Source: Candidatus Omnitrophota bacterium
Lineage (GTDB): Bacteria > Omnitrophota > Gorgyraeia > Gygaellales > Profunditerraquicolaceae
Assembly: GCA_963805065.1 (NCBI GenBank)
Contig: CAWDSS010000010.1
Coordinates: 536,359-600,358 of the forward strand
DNA: 64,000 bases
Reading direction: 5' to 3'
Made by a program: the position numbers and the translations under genes. The notes under the pieces are model-generated. The model saw nothing but the letters and a program-made list of their open reading frames with translations. It ran no database searches and was not told the origin of the DNA. Shown piece by piece: positions 36,401-42,400 of the stretch; the stretch's first letter is position 1; every line of letters begins with the position of its first letter.

Positions 36401-39400
36401 CACCCAAAACAGGAATTCCTAACAGTTGTTCAGACACCGGAACTTCTAATGCCTTTGCAATAGCTTTATCAATATCAGCTCTGCTTGGTTCTGGAAGCTG
36501 TTCAGTGCCTTGTGGAGTGACGAAATTATAATTTGACATTGCTTTTCGTAATGATGCTTGAGTGAATGATGCACCAGTTCCTCCATTAGCAATGCTATAG
36601 GGATCCAAATCTAAAGTAACCCTTCCCAATACAACTGAATTCACTGTCTTCTGGCCTTGACTTCGCAGAGAAGCAGCAGTATTTAAATCTACAAGCTGCT
36701 GTTTAACTTTTTCATCTTCTTGCTGGAATTTTTCTGGGGTGGGGTATTTCTCTCTGACGTATTCGCCGATTGTGGTCATTGTTACAATGCCCCCTGAAGG
36801 ATTTAAAGGAGTTATAACTTTATAAGGAGTTTTGCTGTCAAGCAAAGATAAATAATTAGCATGGTCTTGGTCTTTTGTGTAATGTTCCGATGCATCACGA
36901 AGTAGTGCCAAGTCTGACTCTACGCTCTCAGGCAAAATTATATCAGGATAATAATATTCGCCCTTGCCCATTGCTTTATTATATAAAGTAATAGCACGCA
37001 GATTCATAGCGGTCGAATAATTATTATATTTATCTAGAGCTATTATTGATCCAGCATAATTCCCATTTTGGATGCCGAGCTCTGCTTGTTTTAAAACGCG
37101 ATCCTTTTGGTAAAGCACATCCTGTTCAGTCCCAATTTGCTTCTTTGCCAACTCTTTTAACCCATTAGCCATGCCTTCAATTCCTAGGTCAGAAGTAAAC
37201 TTATCGAAGTCCAAATGCTCACGAGTTTCTTGTACTTGCTTGCTTAATACATCTTTGGCTAATTTTGCGCCTTGATCCGTCAGGATATATGTTTTACCTT
37301 CGACAACAAAAGAACGTACTCCATTTTCAGACTTATTAAGATCCGTCAGGTTTTGCCATTTATCACCCTGCTTAATAGCATATGGCACACCTTCTCCTGC
37401 GGGAGAAACTTGATAAGCAACTCCGTTAACTTCATAAGTCTTTCCTACGGGTACAGGTACCGTTAGCCCTTCAACTTTTTTGGCATAAGCATTGATTGTA
37501 ATTTGGCCTTGAACTTCATCTAAGACCGCTTGCTTAAGTACATCTCCGAGTTGATAAGTGCTTCCGATTTTACGCCAGGCATTATCTGCATAAACCCAAA
37601 GCGGATCTCCCTTAAGACTATAGGCAACATTATTTTTTATAATAAAAAAACCATCTCCAGACTTATTTGGCATTACTGTTACAGTCTTTTTCCCGTCCCG
37701 CGGATATAAAGTCAAATCCCATGACAATGAATCTTTATTTGGGCGTGCCTTTAATATAGATGCTTCCAAACCACTTATGTCATCTTGCTTTGTTACTCCG
37801 TTAATCTCATAAATACCATCTAGGAATTTATTAAATATTTTGTGGGCATTCTCTGTTTCTGGTCCGGAGAACCCATCGGGATTTATTTTATTAGCGTTCA
37901 ACCCTTTGTCAATCAGGCTATTAAAGAATTGTTGAAATTCCAGCGTATATTTCTCTCGTCCGTCAGGATAATAAAAAGCTACCTTTTGTTTGTCTAAAGT
38001 GGCTAAAGGATCTTCTATACTCAATCCATCTTTTTGCAAAATACCAACAAACTTCTTGCCATCTTTAGTCGTTATGTTGAACGTTGTGCCTACGGGCAAC
38101 TGTTTGCCTTTAGTAACATCAAGGAGTTTCCCGCCGGCATATACCACATCATCCTTACCCATTTTACCGCCGGTAATAGCTTTTGAACCATTATACAACG
38201 TGTTATTCATTACTGCGCCATCCTCTAAATGGAAAATAGTGGTAGTAGCTATACTGCCTTTTGACCCCTTCAGCGCTAACTCACCGCCAGATAACCCCGT
38301 AACCAGACTAACCACCTTGCCGTCTACTAATTTCTCTCCGAAACGAGCTGCTACTTCTGTCGCGCCTTTGTCGATTTTATAAAGAGACAGGTCTTCGCCG
38401 CCCCAGCCCACTGAAGCCTCGCTGCCTTTTTCAAAGGTAATTTTACTACCTGGGGTACCGGCTAATGATTGCAAGCCGCCATCTTCAGTAAAAGCGAATT
38501 GCAACTCCGTCCCCTGCCCAAAGCTGACTACTTTTTTGTCTGTACCTATATTTTGGATTTTTTTAAGATTAGTTAAAAGCCCGATGTTATTATCCAGGCC
38601 GGTATGAGGCTTATTCTGATTCTTTGCTCCGCCATACTGGTTAGCTTGCAGGACGTAGTCATGGAATATTTCCTCTCCTTCATTTGCTGAAACAACAATT
38701 CCAAACTGGTTAATATTCCCTTTATTTAGATAAAAATAAAGGCTATTTATGGAAGCTTTTCCGATATCTCCTTTCGGCGTCCTGGTCTCAAGCACTCCTG
38801 GCGCATTAAGCCATGCCAATGGATAAAGTTTTTCCTGATATCGATTATCCTCTTTTTCCAATATGGTGAATTTCGTTATGTCTAAATTTTGTGCTTTAGC
38901 AATTGTTCCTTGAGGCATTGTTGTGCTGACATCCGTTTTTACATTAATAGCTGCTAAAGGAACTAATCCTTCCTTCCGCCAGCTCTCAACCAAAGGTGCC
39001 TGCTCTATGCCGTTTAAGCCAATGGTTAATTTTCTGTTCCAAACATCCTGCTCGCCGACCGGCAGGCTTGAACTTAGCAAAGCATTCAACTGCTCGGCGG
39101 TTATTGTCTGCCTAGCCAATATAACATTAACATCCTTTATATTATTTCTCTTATCACGGTTGGGTATATAGAGTATTACCTCTTTATCATTATTGTCTTT
39201 ATTTTCTATCTTGATTTCTGCTTCCCGATGTTGTTTCGCCAGCTGAACAATGTTATCATTGAGCGTCTTAAAACCTGTTTCCTGGATATTATAAATATTA
39301 GCTCCCCAGAAGAGATGAGTAGAAACTGCTGAAAGGCCTTGTTCTGTTGGGACTAGCTGTACAAAGACATCTCCGGACAAGGCATCCATCACCAACCTGC

Positions 39401-42400
39401 TATCAGCGTCACGCTTAGCAACTACATTATTAAGAAAACCTGTGGGAGGAATATATCCTATTTCTGAAGGCTTAGAACGCTCACTGTTATTCCTGCTTGC
39501 AAGGCTTTGCAGGAAAAGGGGATTTTTATCGACATTAATTGAGAATCCCATCACATCCCTGTATATTGCAGAAGGGTTTCTTCTTAATTCAGTTATGCTG
39601 CCCGCTGCTTCTAATTCTGCTAAAGTGCCTTTTGCGGTCTGCCAGTCTGCGTAAAGTTTATTATATGATTCCAGCAGGTTTTCATAAGCCTCTTGTTGCT
39701 CAGGAGTCTTGGTTGGCTGAGCCACTAACTTCTCCAGTGCCTTCAATTGCTCTGCCTTGTTAGATTCAACCATCATGTTTGCCAATCCGAGCTTGTTTTC
39801 TCTATAGAGGTTCAGGCTATTAATTTGCAGGGGTCCGTTAGCAGTTTCAAACACAAGCGGCTTAGAAAGGTAAGTTAAACCGGAATTATAAAACTGTCCG
39901 GATTGAGGTTCAAGTGTTTGAACCAAGGCAACTTCTCCTTGTGTTATATTAACATTCTTACCTTGTTCAAGCGTATTTAGTTGCTGGGAAATCTTATCAT
40001 ATTCATCCCGGGGCTCTGATTTTGAAACAATCTTTGCTAACTCAGTCTGCTTTGCTTTCTGAAGCCTAGCGATTTCTGAACTCGTTTGGGAATCCTTTGG
40101 CATATTTTCAATCGCTACCCCTGCCATATTGTAATACACGACGCGGACTGCAGGGATATTCTTGTCTGTTTGGCTATATTCGGCTTTATCGGCATATCTT
40201 ATGGTTGTGCCGCCATAAGAACCGCCTTCATAGCTGAATAAACCATCTGGCCCCTTAAGGCCGTCCATTTCATTTTTAGAAATCTCTATCGTTGCCTCAA
40301 GATTTCCAAAAGGTTTCCCCTCTGTGCCGCGATCAAAAATTTCTATCTTCCCGCTTGTTTCCCCAAATGTCATTTTGTAAGAATATTCATCAGTAGGATT
40401 TAATATGAGTTTAAAATTAGCGTCCTTGTTATGCTCTGTCACAAATTCATTCCACTTTTTACTCTCTATATTTATACTCGAGCCGGAAGCACCGAGCAAC
40501 CCAGTCATTCCAGTCAATTTTCCGTGGGTGTCAAAATCTAAAAGAAATTCTAATGATCCGCTCACGAATTGGCCTTTTGCATCTTTGGCACCAATCAGCG
40601 TGGTACCATTTGAAACTATCTTTGTGTTGCTTGGCGGTACATCATTATGTTTATAATCCTGGGTATAAAAATGATCTATATCGGTAATGAGTCGAGCTGC
40701 TCCCGAATCATCAATATAAGCTCCTGTAATTTGCCCAACATTCAACTTGCCATTTTCGCCTATCTGAAATATAGGATTATTAGCTCCTACTACAGCCATG
40801 GCCACATTTTTACCGGTAGCTAAGTTCTGCGTAAGCCAAGCCTGTCCTTGAGTAGCAACATTATAATCTGATAACAAGCCTTTAGTCAAATCTACACTTG
40901 CTTTGTCTTTGGGCAAGATAACGTTTAAATCCGCTAGAGAAGCACGGTAACTATTAGGATTCCCGTTTATGCCTAATGCATATTGCTCTAACGTACCTAT
41001 CCGCTCGGGAGAAGAATAAACACCGAGAGCCGAGCCCAACAAAGGCAATAAGCCCTGGATGTTTTCCCGGTTATAAAGCTCAGATTCTCCCAGAGAGACA
41101 CTATGTCTTGCTTCTGTTAGAGAAACCGGGCCTAAACTAACTGGTTTTTCTCCAAAAGAATTCAGTAAACCTTGTATTGCATAAGCACTGCCTTCCCCTT
41201 TATAGGTGTCAATTTTCGCACCCGTAAACAGCAACATTGCATTATCAACCGCCGCATACTGCAGCCCGTTAGCAGTATAATTTACCAAAGAATAATAAAA
41301 CCCTGGAGTTAGTTTATCCAGCTGAGTACGCTTAAGTTTATTCCAAGACAAACCCGACTCTTTCTTTGCCTGGTCAACATTATAGACAAAATCAGTGTAG
41401 CCTGCGAATTGTCCGAGTTTTTCATTATAAGCATTGAAGTAATACCCGCCTGCACCGCCGGTGTATAAAGGAGAGGTGCCACCCCAACTAGTAAAGTTCT
41501 GGCTGAGGTTTGAAAATTGCGTCAAGAATGCATATTTACCAGTGTCTTTGTCTGTTTCCAGGGCAGCTAATCCGGAAAATAGAGAAGCTGTTGCTAGCCA
41601 ATTTAAACTGGACATCTCTACATTAGTCAACCCCCACTTATTCTTTCCTGTATCTCTATCGAATTTACCGCCTAATTGGCTTAGCCCACCGGCAATTGCG
41701 CCCTTAAGCGCACCTGACATAATTTGCTGATAATAATCCTGAGCGGTAACGCCTGAATTCACAGCGCCACCAATGCCGCCGCCTAATAACTGAGACCATT
41801 CTCTCTGGTGCGTTGCATATTGCACGCCTAAGCTGACTACGTCTGTGATTAGCCCACCGTTGTAAACACTGTCCTGCCACGATGCCTTTATTGCATCCAT
41901 AGGACTGTTAATTTGTGCATAGGCATAAGGCTGATTTGTTATGGGATTATTCAATAGTTCTTGCGGAGTAAACTGCATTGTCGTATCGCCAACAAGAGGA
42001 GAATACAATATCCCGCGTTTCATCTCTAAAATAGACAGTGGCGTATTAGCCTCTACCGGAGACTTAATACCGGGGTTCATCCCTGCGCCGTAAGCAAGTA
42101 GATTAAAACCTGCTTCGCCAACAACCCCTCCTGCCATAGAAGCCAATTGGTTAGCAATGAGCGGATTCCTTTCAGCAAAACCTGTATTTTTGATTAAATC
42201 ATAGGCTGCCAATTTGCCTGCTCCCTGGAATGCGCCCTGGGTGAAACCTCCAACCGGTCCGCACAAATAATTATTCCAAAGATTAGCATCATTACCCATA
42301 GTGAATATATTGGAATTTTGGAACATCGAAACTGTGCCGGTTAACATGCCGCCTACACCATATCCGAACACCATGGCGCCTGCCGGGCTCATGTCCCATT